The notes under the pieces are model-generated. The model saw only the letters and a list, made by a program, of their open reading frames with translations. It searched no databases and was not told the DNA's origin. From Micrococcales bacterium (GTDB lineage Bacteria > Actinomycetota > Actinomycetes > Actinomycetales > Microbacteriaceae), in the NCBI GenBank assembly GCA_947452235.1, contig CANGBK010000004.1:7368-71367 (forward strand): DNA of 64,000 nucleotides, read 5' to 3'. Numbering within the stretch: position 1 is the stretch's first letter; the number at the start of each line of letters is the position of its first letter. Positions 28,076 to 36,246 of this stretch are shown here, one piece after another. A program made the position numbers and the translations under genes.

Positions 28076-30153
28076 GCGTCGATTCTTTCTCGTTCAAAGC
28101 TGTCTGCTTTGTCGATGATGAAATCGCGTCGAGGAGCAACCTCGTTACCCATTAGAAGTTCAAACATTTTTTCCGCGTTAGCCGCATCAGAAACCGTTAC
28201 GCGACGCAGGCTTCTTGACTTGCGGTCCATTGTTGTTTCGGCCAACTGATCAGCATCCATTTCACCGAGACCCTTATAACGCTGAATAGGCTCTTGATAC
28301 TTCTTACCGGCCTTTTCTAGCTTATTTAGAAGATTCTCAAGTTCAGCTTGCGAGTAGGTGTAGATGACATCGTTAGCTTTCGAACCTGGGTTGATAACTA
28401 CCACTCTGTGAAGTGGTGGAACAGCAGCAAAAACCCTGCCGTCTTCAACCAAAGGCTTCATGTATTTATAGAACAGAGTTAAGAGCAAAGTTCTAATGTG
28501 AGCACCATCAACATCTGCATCGCTCATCAAAATAATCTTGCCGTATCTAGCTGAAGCTAAATCAAATGTTCTTCCAGAACCAGCACCAAGAACCTGAATG
28601 ATAGATGCGCATTCGGTGTTATTAAGCATGTCAGAGATTGCTGCTTTTTGAACGTTAAGGATTTTTCCACGAATTGGAAGCAAAGCTTGGAACTCACTGT
28701 TTCTAGCAAGCTTTGCTGTTCCAAGAGCGGATTCACCCTCAACGATAATCAATTCAGAATCAATAGTGTCTTGTGTTCGACAGTCGACCAACTTAGTTGG
28801 CAGTGACGATGATTCAAGTGCTGTCTTTCTTCGTTGAGTCTCTTTGTGAGTTCTCGCAGAAATACGAGTCTTCATCTCGTTGATAACTTTTTCTAGCACT
28901 AGAGCTGTTTGAGCCTTGTCATCACGCTTAGAACTGTTGAAACGGTCTGTAAGGGCTTTAGAAACAACTTGAGACACGATGTTTTTGATTGCAGGTGTTC
29001 CGAGAATCTCTTTAGTTTGACCCTCAAACTGAGGCTCAGGAAGTCGAACCGTAACGATGGCGGTTAGGCCAGTCATCACATCGTCCTTCTCAATCTTCTC
29101 GCTACCTAGCTTGAACTTACGAGCGTTAGCGGCAGCTTGATCTCTAAAAACCTTTAGTACTGCTTGTTCAAACCCTTGAAGGTGAGTTCCACCTTTAGGC
29201 GTTGCAATGATGTTGACGAAACTCTTGACCTCAGTGTCATAATCAGTTCCCCAGCGAACGACAACATCAACATCAGCCTTGCGCTCTACTTCCTTGGATT
29301 CCATGTTGCCTTTGGCATTTAGAACCGGAACAGTTTCGGTATAAGCACCAGAACCACTAAGGCGCCAAACGCTTGAAAGTGGGGCATCCTTGGCCATGTA
29401 ATCAACGAATTCAACGATTCCACCCTGGAATAGAAACTCGTGAGCTTCAGGTTTTGCGCCACGTAGATCATTGACAACCAATTTCAAGCCTGGAACTAAG
29501 AAAGCAGTTTGACGAGCACGCGCCAAGATCTCTTCTAATTCGAAGGACGCACCCTTGACGAAAATCTGTGTATCTGGCCAGAATCTAATTCTTGAACCAG
29601 TTTTACCCTTGGCAACCTTGCCCACCTCGCGAAGCACGCTCTTTTTGTCAAACGGCTTGAAAGCGCTCTTAGGGTCTGGTTCTTTCTTATCGGTAAACAC
29701 ACCAGGTTCACCCCGATGGAAGGACATTGCAAAGGTTTTTAAGTCCCTGTCAACTTCAACATCGAGTCTTTCTGACAAAGCGTTAACAACGGACGCTCCA
29801 ACACCGTGCAAACCACCAGAAGCAGCATAGGAACCTGAACCGAATTTTCCACCAGCATGCAACTTGGTAAAGACCACCTCAACACCAGATAGTCCAGTTT
29901 TAGGTTCAATATCTACAGGAATACCACGAGCCTCGTCGCGAATCTCAACGCTTCCATCTTTATGTAGGAAAACCTGAATGAGCTTTCCATGTCCTGATAG
30001 TGCTTCGTCAACAGAGTTATCGATTATCTCCCAGAGACAGTGCATCAAGCCTCTGCTATCGGTCGATCCGATATACATACCGGGACGCTTACGAACAGCG
30101 TCCAATCCTTCTAAAACGGAAAGGTGTCTGGCGGAGTAATCATTATCTGGCAC
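28072..30153 (-). CDS. parE: Type IIA DNA topoisomerase subunit B (topoisomerase IV ParE-like)
   Basis: GHKL ATPase motifs (IDNSVDEA, GLHGVGASVVNALS), Toprim EGESALG and DADVDGAHI, and PLRGK-like IRGKILNV. Confidence 0.9.
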   Translation of the reverse strand: MPDNDYSARHLSVLEGLDAVRKRPGMYIGSTDSRGLMHCLWEIIDNSVDEALSGHGKLIQVFLHKDGSVEIRDEARGIPVDIEPKTGLSGVEVVFTKLHAGGKFGSGSYAASGGLHGVGASVVNALSERLDVEVDRDLKTFAMSFHRGEPGVFTDKKEPDPKSAFKPFDKKSVLREVGKVAKGKTGSRIRFWPDTQIFVKGASFELEEILARARQTAFLVPGLKLVVNDLRGAKPEAHEFLFQGGIVEFVDYMAKDAPLSSVWRLSGSGAYTETVPVLNAKGNMESKEVERKADVDVVVRWGTDYDTEVKSFVNIIATPKGGTHLQGFEQAVLKVFRDQAAANARKFKLGSEKIEKDDVMTGLTAIVTVRLPEPQFEGQTKEILGTPAIKNIVSQVVSKALTDRFNSSKRDDKAQTALVLEKVINEMKTRISARTHKETQRRKTALESSSLPTKLVDCRTQDTIDSELIIVEGESALGTAKLARNSEFQALLPIRGKILNVQKAAISDMLNNTECASIIQVLGAGSGRTFDLASARYGKIILMSDADVDGAHIRTLLLTLFYKYMKPLVEDGRVFAAVPPLHRVVVINPGSKANDVIYTYSQAELENLLNKLEKAGKKYQEPIQRYKGLGEMDADQLAETTMDRKSRSLRRVTVSDAANAEKMFELLMGNEVAPRRDFIIDKADSFERERIDA

Positions 30154-30291
30154 CTCTATAGCCTAAGTAAATAAAGGGTAATCGCCTGTTTTAGACACTC
30201 GCCGTGGAGAAACTATTCGCAGATAGCGAAACTGAGAGGTTTAGGGAAGTTTTTAGTCGCTAAGTGTGTTCATATAGGCATGGAGGCAAAA

Positions 30292-30510
30292 ATGGAACAA
30301 ACCGAAGACACAACACCAGTAGAAACAACCGAGGAGCTAAAGCCGCTAACCGCCGCTGATCGCTGTGACGTTTGTGGCGCTCAGGCATTCATTCGCGTGG
30401 TGTTAGCTTCAGGTGATCTAGTGTTCTGTGGTCACCACGGAACAGCCAACAAGGACAAGCTAAAACCTATAGCCATTACCTGGCAGGACGAAACAGACAA
30501 ACTGAACTAA
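30292..30510 (+). CDS. DUF7455 domain-containing small protein
   Basis: The CDVCGAQAFIRVVLASGDLVFCGHHG motif is characteristic of this small actinobacterial family (from memory). I prefer the second ATG (30292), which has GGAGG 5 nt upstream. The track start is 30280. Confidence 0.6.
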   Translation: MEQTEDTTPVETTEELKPLTAADRCDVCGAQAFIRVVLASGDLVFCGHHGTANKDKLKPIAITWQDETDKLN

Positions 30511-31091
30511 TGTTCAAAAGCCGTTTTACGGCTAATCGCGGCTAGAGCATCGACTCGATCCAGCTCTTCACTTCTGAGGTCAATGTCAGCCCAGCCTTGG
30601 CTCGAAATCAGTTCATCGACTAAATCTGGATTCTTTGCAAACACTGGGCCATGCAACATGGTGAAGATAGACGCTCCTCGTCGATCGAACATTGGAACTT
30701 GAGTTGGACTATTCAGATAACCAACAACTCCATCAATTTCAATGAATTCACTGCGATGCTCACCCTGTTGATAGCCCTCCCCTAAAGCATTGAGTAATTC
30801 TAAATAGCCAGAACTAACCGCCATCAGTGGCTTGCCTGAGTTCATAAATGCTATCGCTGCACTAAAAAGGGCCTTGTCTTTTTTTAGAAGCGACTCCCAT
30901 GCGGCAGCAGAGCCGTGACCTATGAAAAGAAAATCGATCTTAGTCAAGTCACTTTTACCAGTGACCGAAACGAGTTCAGAACTAACGCCGCGCCATTCAA
31001 GGCGCTTGGTTAGAACAAGCAAGTTAGCCTGATCACCATTGAGGTTTAGGTCGTCTGGATAAAAAGTTCCAAAGCTCACTTTATTAGACAC
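30507..31091 (-). CDS. gatD: GatD-like glutamine amidotransferase domain protein (MurT partner), lacking any cysteine
   Basis: CobQ/GatD-type GATase layout (FLFIGHGS, PLMAVSSGYLELL at the nucleophile elbow, MLHGP His motif). It overlaps murT by 8 nt. The translated product contains no Cys residue. Confidence 0.75.
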   Translation of the reverse strand: MSNKVSFGTFYPDDLNLNGDQANLLVLTKRLEWRGVSSELVSVTGKSDLTKIDFLFIGHGSAAAWESLLKKDKALFSAAIAFMNSGKPLMAVSSGYLELLNALGEGYQQGEHRSEFIEIDGVVGYLNSPTQVPMFDRRGASIFTMLHGPVFAKNPDLVDELISSQGWADIDLRSEELDRVDALAAISRKTAFEH

Positions 31092-32355
31092 GGTTCACAT
31101 CCTCAGGGTCAGTGAAACCCTTGTATCTTCTTAATCTGCGCATAGCATCAGCGCTATAAATTACGGTTTTCCGGCCGAGCATTGGCTTAGGTAAAGCAAA
31201 GAATTCATCTATTGCATTGAAGTAATCTTCTTCGACTTTCTTGAAAGGAACTCCCTGATAGCTCAGTAGCAATGCCGCGTCAGCAAAATTGAAACCGGAG
31301 ACTGTTTCTACATTCCTCATCGGACTCATGTCAACTGTCCAGAGCCAACTTGGATCATGAACATCCCTACCAATAGCGAAGAATACCTGCCCAAGTTCTT
31401 TAGGCAGATGAGCAAGGTTTAGTTCGGTGCTAATGGGATTTTGAATCAAAATGAATTCAACTTCCTGACCATTCACTTCTCTAATTTCACCTCTAGAGAA
31501 AACGGGTGGAAGTTCATTCATGACTTTTGCTGTTAGAACAAGATCTAACTGCTCCTTGAGCAACTCGGAAGCGACACCAATAGCAGCGACTGCATCCAGA
31601 GCAAAGTGAACACCACGAGAAGGAAGTTCGAATGAAATATCATTTTGCGATACACGAATTGATATTGACCGATCAGCGAGTTCGGTAACTTCAAAGTCAC
31701 AATTGGGTTTTGCAAGTTCAGGTAAATAAGTCTTCGCATAAGCCATCCTGGCTTCAGTTGCGGCTTCTAGCTTGTCATTGATCTCAAAATACTTAACTGA
31801 CGAGCTAAGTTCGTTCGAACCAATAATCAAACAATTCTGATCATCTGCATTCAATAGCAGTGATTGTGACGTTGCTTTGGCTACGCTCTTTAGTTTCTCT
31901 CTAACCAACGCAGGATCAATAAATCTGTCCAGTTGGTCTTCAAACACATTCAAAATAACTGAAATACGAGGCGTGACTTTCTCGACAAGTGTTGCCGCAT
32001 GCCCCTCATCCATTTCAAGAATCGCGATGTCACCAGGCACCTTGCCAAGAAGATTTCCATAGCGCACTATTGTGCTGAAAAATCCTTGTTCGATGTTTGC
32101 AGTTGAAGGGTTGGTAAAAACATTTAGACCATGAGCTCTAGCAATTGCAACAACCATCTTCGTTGTTGTTGATTTACCCGCAGTTCCGGTAATCACGACT
32201 AGCCCTTTTGGGAAGGAATTGAGAGTTGTATAAACAAGCTTTGGAGCGAGTTTGCTAACAACCAAACCAGGAAGAGCAGAACCACCGCCAGGTCTAACCA
32301 AGCGAACGAAAACTCGTACGAGTCGACCTATGAGTAGAGCTGGCAGGTAACGCAC
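31084..32355 (-). CDS. murT: Mur ligase family protein MurT (lipid II isoglutaminyl synthase subunit)
   Basis: P-loop ITGTAGKSTTTKMV, the Mur ligase central domain and a C-terminal DUF1727-like region (DPSWLWTVD). The GTG start lies 4 nt after the rpoD stop, and gatD follows. Confidence 0.85.
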   Translation of the reverse strand: MRYLPALLIGRLVRVFVRLVRPGGGSALPGLVVSKLAPKLVYTTLNSFPKGLVVITGTAGKSTTTKMVVAIARAHGLNVFTNPSTANIEQGFFSTIVRYGNLLGKVPGDIAILEMDEGHAATLVEKVTPRISVILNVFEDQLDRFIDPALVREKLKSVAKATSQSLLLNADDQNCLIIGSNELSSSVKYFEINDKLEAATEARMAYAKTYLPELAKPNCDFEVTELADRSISIRVSQNDISFELPSRGVHFALDAVAAIGVASELLKEQLDLVLTAKVMNELPPVFSRGEIREVNGQEVEFILIQNPISTELNLAHLPKELGQVFFAIGRDVHDPSWLWTVDMSPMRNVETVSGFNFADAALLLSYQGVPFKKVEEDYFNAIDEFFALPKPMLGRKTVIYSADAMRRLRRYKGFTDPEDVNRV

Positions 32356-32359
32356 AGAA

Positions 32360-33850
32360 CTAGTTATCTTTGATGAAGTCCCTGAGCCACTGTGCTCTTG
32401 AAGGGTGCTTTAGCTTAGACATGGTCTTCGCTTCAATCTGTCTAATACGCTCACGAGTAACACCGTGCTCTTCGCCGATTTGATCAAGGGTCTTCATGAC
32501 ACCATCGCCAATACCGTAACGAGACCTGATTACTGCCGCTTCCCTATCGGTAAGAGTGTCTAGCAATCTTTCAATTTCAGACTGCATGATTTGGAAAGCA
32601 ACCGCGTCAGCTGGCTGAATTGCCTCAGTGTCCTCGATTAGATCACCGAACTCTGAGTCACCATCTTCACCAAGAGGTGTTGAAAGTGAAATAGGTTCGC
32701 GTCCATACTTTTGAACTTCGACAACCTTCTCAGGTGTCATATCCAGTTCACGAGCTAATTCTTCAGGGGTTGGTTCGCGACCTAGATCTTGAAGCAATTG
32801 TCTTTGAACGCGGGAAAGTTTGTTGATTACTTCGACCATGTGAACCGGAATACGAATAGTTCTAGCCTGGTCAGCCATCGCACGAGTGATCGCCTGGCGA
32901 ATCCACCAAGTGGCATAAGTTGAAAACTTGTATCCCTTTGTGTAGTCGAACTTCTCAACTGCACGAATCAGACCCAAGTTTCCTTCCTGAATTAAATCAA
33001 GGAACTGCATTCCACGACCGGTGTATCGCTTTGCAAGCGAAACAACCAGACGTAAGTTTGCTTCAAGCAAATGACTCTTGGCGCGTTGTCCATCTTTAAC
33101 AACCCACTTCAAATCTCTAGACATGTCGCGAGAAAGTTTTTTGTCGGTAGCAAGTTTCTCTTCTGCAAAAAGACCAGCTTCGATTCTCTTTGCTAGCTCA
33201 ACTTCAAGTTCAGCATTAAGAAGCGCGACCTTACCGATTTGCTTTAGATAGTCCTTAACCGGGTCAGCAGTTGCACCAGTAATGCTTGTGGTCTGAACTG
33301 GGATGTCATCTTCTTCTTTGTTAGAAAGAATCAATGCACCTTCAGGAACCAGAGGAGTTTCATCCTCTTCTTCTACTTCAGGAGTAACTTCCTCGACTTC
33401 AGCAACAATGACGTCAACGTCATCTGTTGCAAGAAGAACTTCAGGATCTAGGTCTTCTTCTTCATCTAGCTCTAGTTCTTCAGCGCCTTTGGCTTTAGTT
33501 GCAGAAATCTTCTTAACAGGCTTGACAGCTGCCTTTGCGGATGCCTTTGCAGTTGGCTTGGCGGATGTCTTTGCGGCTGGCTTAGCTACAACCTTCTTGG
33601 TTGGCTTAGCAATAACTTTCTTGGCGTCAACTTTCTTAGCTGCTGGCTTAGCCACAGTTTTAGCGGCAGGTTTGGCTGCCACCTTTTTAGTTTCAACTTT
33701 CTGAGCAGCAGGTTTAGCCGCAGCCTTTTTGGCAGTTGTCTTTGCAGCAGGCTTTGCTGCAACAGCTTTCTTAGCTGGAGCTTTCGCTGCAGATGCGACA
33801 GTCTTCTTCGATTCTTTTACCGAAGTAACCTTTGTCGTTTTGGTTGCCAT
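32360..33850 (-). CDS. rpoD: RNA polymerase principal sigma factor (RpoD/HrdB-like) with Lys/Ala/Pro-rich N-terminal extension
   Basis: Regions 1.2-4.2 are conserved ([61 protein letters not shown]). The N-terminus has repeated AAKPAAK / AKKVxAKP motifs. The start is refined to ATG 33850 (GAAGGG 4 nt upstream). Confidence 0.93.
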   Translation of the reverse strand: MATKTTKVTSVKESKKTVASAAKAPAKKAVAAKPAAKTTAKKAAAKPAAQKVETKKVAAKPAAKTVAKPAAKKVDAKKVIAKPTKKVVAKPAAKTSAKPTAKASAKAAVKPVKKISATKAKGAEELELDEEEDLDPEVLLATDDVDVIVAEVEEVTPEVEEEDETPLVPEGALILSNKEEDDIPVQTTSITGATADPVKDYLKQIGKVALLNAELEVELAKRIEAGLFAEEKLATDKKLSRDMSRDLKWVVKDGQRAKSHLLEANLRLVVSLAKRYTGRGMQFLDLIQEGNLGLIRAVEKFDYTKGYKFSTYATWWIRQAITRAMADQARTIRIPVHMVEVINKLSRVQRQLLQDLGREPTPEELARELDMTPEKVVEVQKYGREPISLSTPLGEDGDSEFGDLIEDTEAIQPADAVAFQIMQSEIERLLDTLTDREAAVIRSRYGIGDGVMKTLDQIGEEHGVTRERIRQIEAKTMSKLKHPSRAQWLRDFIKDN

Positions 33851-33989
33851 ATAACCCTTCAACTTCTTTCAAGAAGTGACCGTTTGTAGAAATCCGAGCA
33901 TTACGAAGACCCATGTCAAATCGAGTGGCTTGACTGGGTCTTGCCTCAATTATGCCATCAACTGGAGACAAAACGGTTCAATGACTCCA

Positions 33990-34013
33990 GTTATAGGTAT
34001 AACTACCTATAAC
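33990..34013. repeat. Perfect 10-bp inverted repeat with 4-nt spacer (operator or weak terminator)
   Basis: gttataggta-taac-tacctataac. It lies 30 nt after the MFS stop and about 140 nt upstream of the rpoD start. No U-tract follows on the minus strand. Confidence 0.5.
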
Positions 34014-34042
34014 AACCAGCCTTATCTGGAATGTATTCCCGT

Positions 34043-35284
34043 TTATGCCTTTATCTTCTCAAACTTCAACCGCTCGACGGTAAAAAAGACTATTCCAACA
34101 GCAATCACTAGAAACTGAGCGGAGAACCCCCACCTGAAAGCATCTACTGTGTATCTCTCACTGAATCCAGTTGCAGACTGGTAAATGTCGATTACTAAAC
34201 CAGTCAAATACATCATGATGAAAGTCGCTAGAAAACCACCGACGTTTGCGAAACCGTTGGCAGATCCCAACCGAGTCTTTGAAACCATGTCTTTAGTGAA
34301 GTCGAATGCAATCATTGAAGCTGGGCCACCTATTGAAATGACCAAGAACGCTAGATACAAGACAAAAGCAGGAGTTCGGCCTGGGTATAACAAAAGGACA
34401 AGCCAGGTCAGGACGATCATTCCAACCACTAAATAGACCAGAAAAGCCCTAATTTGAGGCTTTTTAGCACACAAACTACCTATTGCTGGACCAGTTATGA
34501 ACCCGAAGAACACCATTGAAGTCAACGTAAAGGCCGCAAAATCATGGGGTTGCCCTTGAGCTGTCACCAAATAGGGCACTGCCCAGAGTAAAGCCACCGA
34601 GGTTGTTGTTGATTGGGTGACGAAATGCGTCCAAAAGGCCATTCGAATCCCTGGGTTCCTAGCATTTTCGACTAATTGCCTGGTTGCAACCTTCAGAGAA
34701 GGCGCAATATGTTTCTCTTGCAGACCAGCCTGATCAGAGGTGAAAGCTAGGACCAGCAGTACAGCTAGCAGGGACGCTGTTGCCATGATGCTAAACGCTG
34801 GATTCCAGCCCAATGCTTCAAGCATGTACCAAAACGGAACAGCTGAGAAGAACTGGCCCAATTGGCCAATGGTTGACAGGTATTGCTGGTATTTAGAGGC
34901 TTTAGCACCCTGATACCAACCATTTACCATACGAATCATGGAGATAAACGTGAAGCTATCCCCCATACCAACCAACATTCGACCGATAACGGCAACACCT
35001 AGGCTAGGCGCAAAAGCAACACTTAGCTGCCCCACAGCCATGATTAGCGCTCCAACTGCCAGTAAAATCTTTGCCCCGAAGCGATCTAGCAGGATTCCTA
35101 CCGGTATTTGCATGGCAGCGTAAACAACCAGCTGAAAAACTGCAAGTGTCGCAAGTTGCTGAGCATTGGTATGAAAACGTTCGCTAGCTATTAGCGTTGC
35201 TACACCGAGCGAAGAGCGTTGTGTTACAGCAAGAAAGTATGCAAAACCAACAACTGTTAGGACTAGACCTGGGCTACGTTTCAG
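34043..35284 (-). CDS. MFS transporter (likely non-canonical CTG start)
   Basis: The MFS motif PVGILLDRFGAK between TM2 and TM3 lies right after the first ATG (35113). An open in-frame upstream stretch encodes (M)KRSPGLVLTVVGFAYFLAVTQRSSLGVATLIASERFHTNAQQLATLAVFQLVVYAA, that is TM1 and TM2. There is no ATG/GTG/TTG between the upstream stop (35309-35311) and 35113. CTG at 35284 overlaps the PAC2 stop (CTGA). Confidence 0.7.
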   Translation of the reverse strand: MKRSPGLVLTVVGFAYFLAVTQRSSLGVATLIASERFHTNAQQLATLAVFQLVVYAAMQIPVGILLDRFGAKILLAVGALIMAVGQLSVAFAPSLGVAVIGRMLVGMGDSFTFISMIRMVNGWYQGAKASKYQQYLSTIGQLGQFFSAVPFWYMLEALGWNPAFSIMATASLLAVLLVLAFTSDQAGLQEKHIAPSLKVATRQLVENARNPGIRMAFWTHFVTQSTTTSVALLWAVPYLVTAQGQPHDFAAFTLTSMVFFGFITGPAIGSLCAKKPQIRAFLVYLVVGMIVLTWLVLLLYPGRTPAFVLYLAFLVISIGGPASMIAFDFTKDMVSKTRLGSANGFANVGGFLATFIMMYLTGLVIDIYQSATGFSERYTVDAFRWGFSAQFLVIAVGIVFFTVERLKFEKIKA

Positions 35285-36210
35285 TCTTCTTCCCCATCGC
35301 TGTCTTCTTTATTCTTCTGGTGGCTGGCAAGATAGCCCTCTAGTTCAGCTGCAATACTTTCAGCGTCAGGGATCTCGCTCTCCCTAGGCCTAACAGCACC
35401 CATAGGGTTTTGGGTCTTTTCACTGGAAAAAGACTGCTCTAAACCTTCGACCATACGGCCAAATTCAGGGTTGTCTATCATCTGAGAACTGATTCTTCTT
35501 GTGAAGGCAACGCCTTCGTCTCGGAGATCATCGGTTGGGAAAACTAAACCAAGGTGACTGCTAATCAACTCAAAGCCTGTTACCGCTGCTTGAGGATAAA
35601 CAGAATCAGCTAAGTAGTGCGGGACAAGTAAAACAAAGCCAGTACTAGGGATGTCTCTTCCTGTTAGTCGGTATTCCAGCAGATGCATGATGTTGCCTGG
35701 AACCTGAGTTCTTGGCTTCCACTCGGAGTATTTACTGATAACTAAAGGCTGGTTGCCTGAGACTGTGACACCAACAGCTCTAGTGTGAGGAATGGGGAAA
35801 GGAATTGCATGCAACCAGGTCATGCTTGCTATCTCGAAATGGTCAAAAAGCTCTTCAACAGCGCTGGCAAACGCTTCCCACTTGAAATCAGGCTCGTAAC
35901 CGTTTAGAAAAAGGAAAGGATTGCCCACTTCATCTTTTACTAGATAGAGATTCAGGCTGGCTGGCTGGTAATCCTCGATGTGGTCCTGTTCAAAGAACAT
36001 GACCGGTCTTCTAGATCTATAGTCCAAGAGCTGGTCATTATCGAAGGTTGCAACTATCTCGAACTCCAGGTTCCCAAGGATGCTTTCGCTCACCTGCTGC
36101 ATAGATGAACCGGCATCAGTGAAACCTGAGATTGAAGCAAACAGATTCAAACCTGAAGGTACTTCAACCTCCCAATTCACAAGGCTGAAAAGCTCGTTTT
36201 GCTCTGACAT
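35281..36210 (-). CDS. PAC2 (proteasome assembly chaperone 2-like) family protein
   Basis: 309 aa with the pattern GFTDAGS...LVPHYLA and an acidic tail, typical of actinobacterial PAC2 family proteins (assignment from memory). Confidence 0.65.
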   Translation of the reverse strand: MSEQNELFSLVNWEVEVPSGLNLFASISGFTDAGSSMQQVSESILGNLEFEIVATFDNDQLLDYRSRRPVMFFEQDHIEDYQPASLNLYLVKDEVGNPFLFLNGYEPDFKWEAFASAVEELFDHFEIASMTWLHAIPFPIPHTRAVGVTVSGNQPLVISKYSEWKPRTQVPGNIMHLLEYRLTGRDIPSTGFVLLVPHYLADSVYPQAAVTGFELISSHLGLVFPTDDLRDEGVAFTRRISSQMIDNPEFGRMVEGLEQSFSSEKTQNPMGAVRPRESEIPDAESIAAELEGYLASHQKNKEDSDGEED

Positions 36211-36246
36211 GCTTCTATTCTACTTTCGGCTAGGTAGCATGGAGTC

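Noticed and set aside
28700-28760. ParE Toprim motif reads EGESALG instead of the textbook EGDSAGG
   Set aside because: The D-to-E change is conservative, the DxDxD motif (DADVDG) is intact, and as far as I recall actinobacterial ParE-like proteins carry ...SALG. It is not evidence of inactivation.
30213-30226. CTAT-tcgcag-ATAG, matching the corynebacterial AmtR core CTAT-N6-ATAG, in the parE/DUF7455 spacer
   Set aside because: An 8-nt-specified palindrome is expected about once by chance in 64 kb. The flanks do not extend the AmtR consensus, and the neighbouring genes are not nitrogen genes.
33303-33704. 133-aa plus-strand ORF rich in Ser/Ala/Thr
   Set aside because: It is the antisense reading of the repetitive AKP-coding part of rpoD. 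It is an artefact of low-complexity sequence lacking stops.
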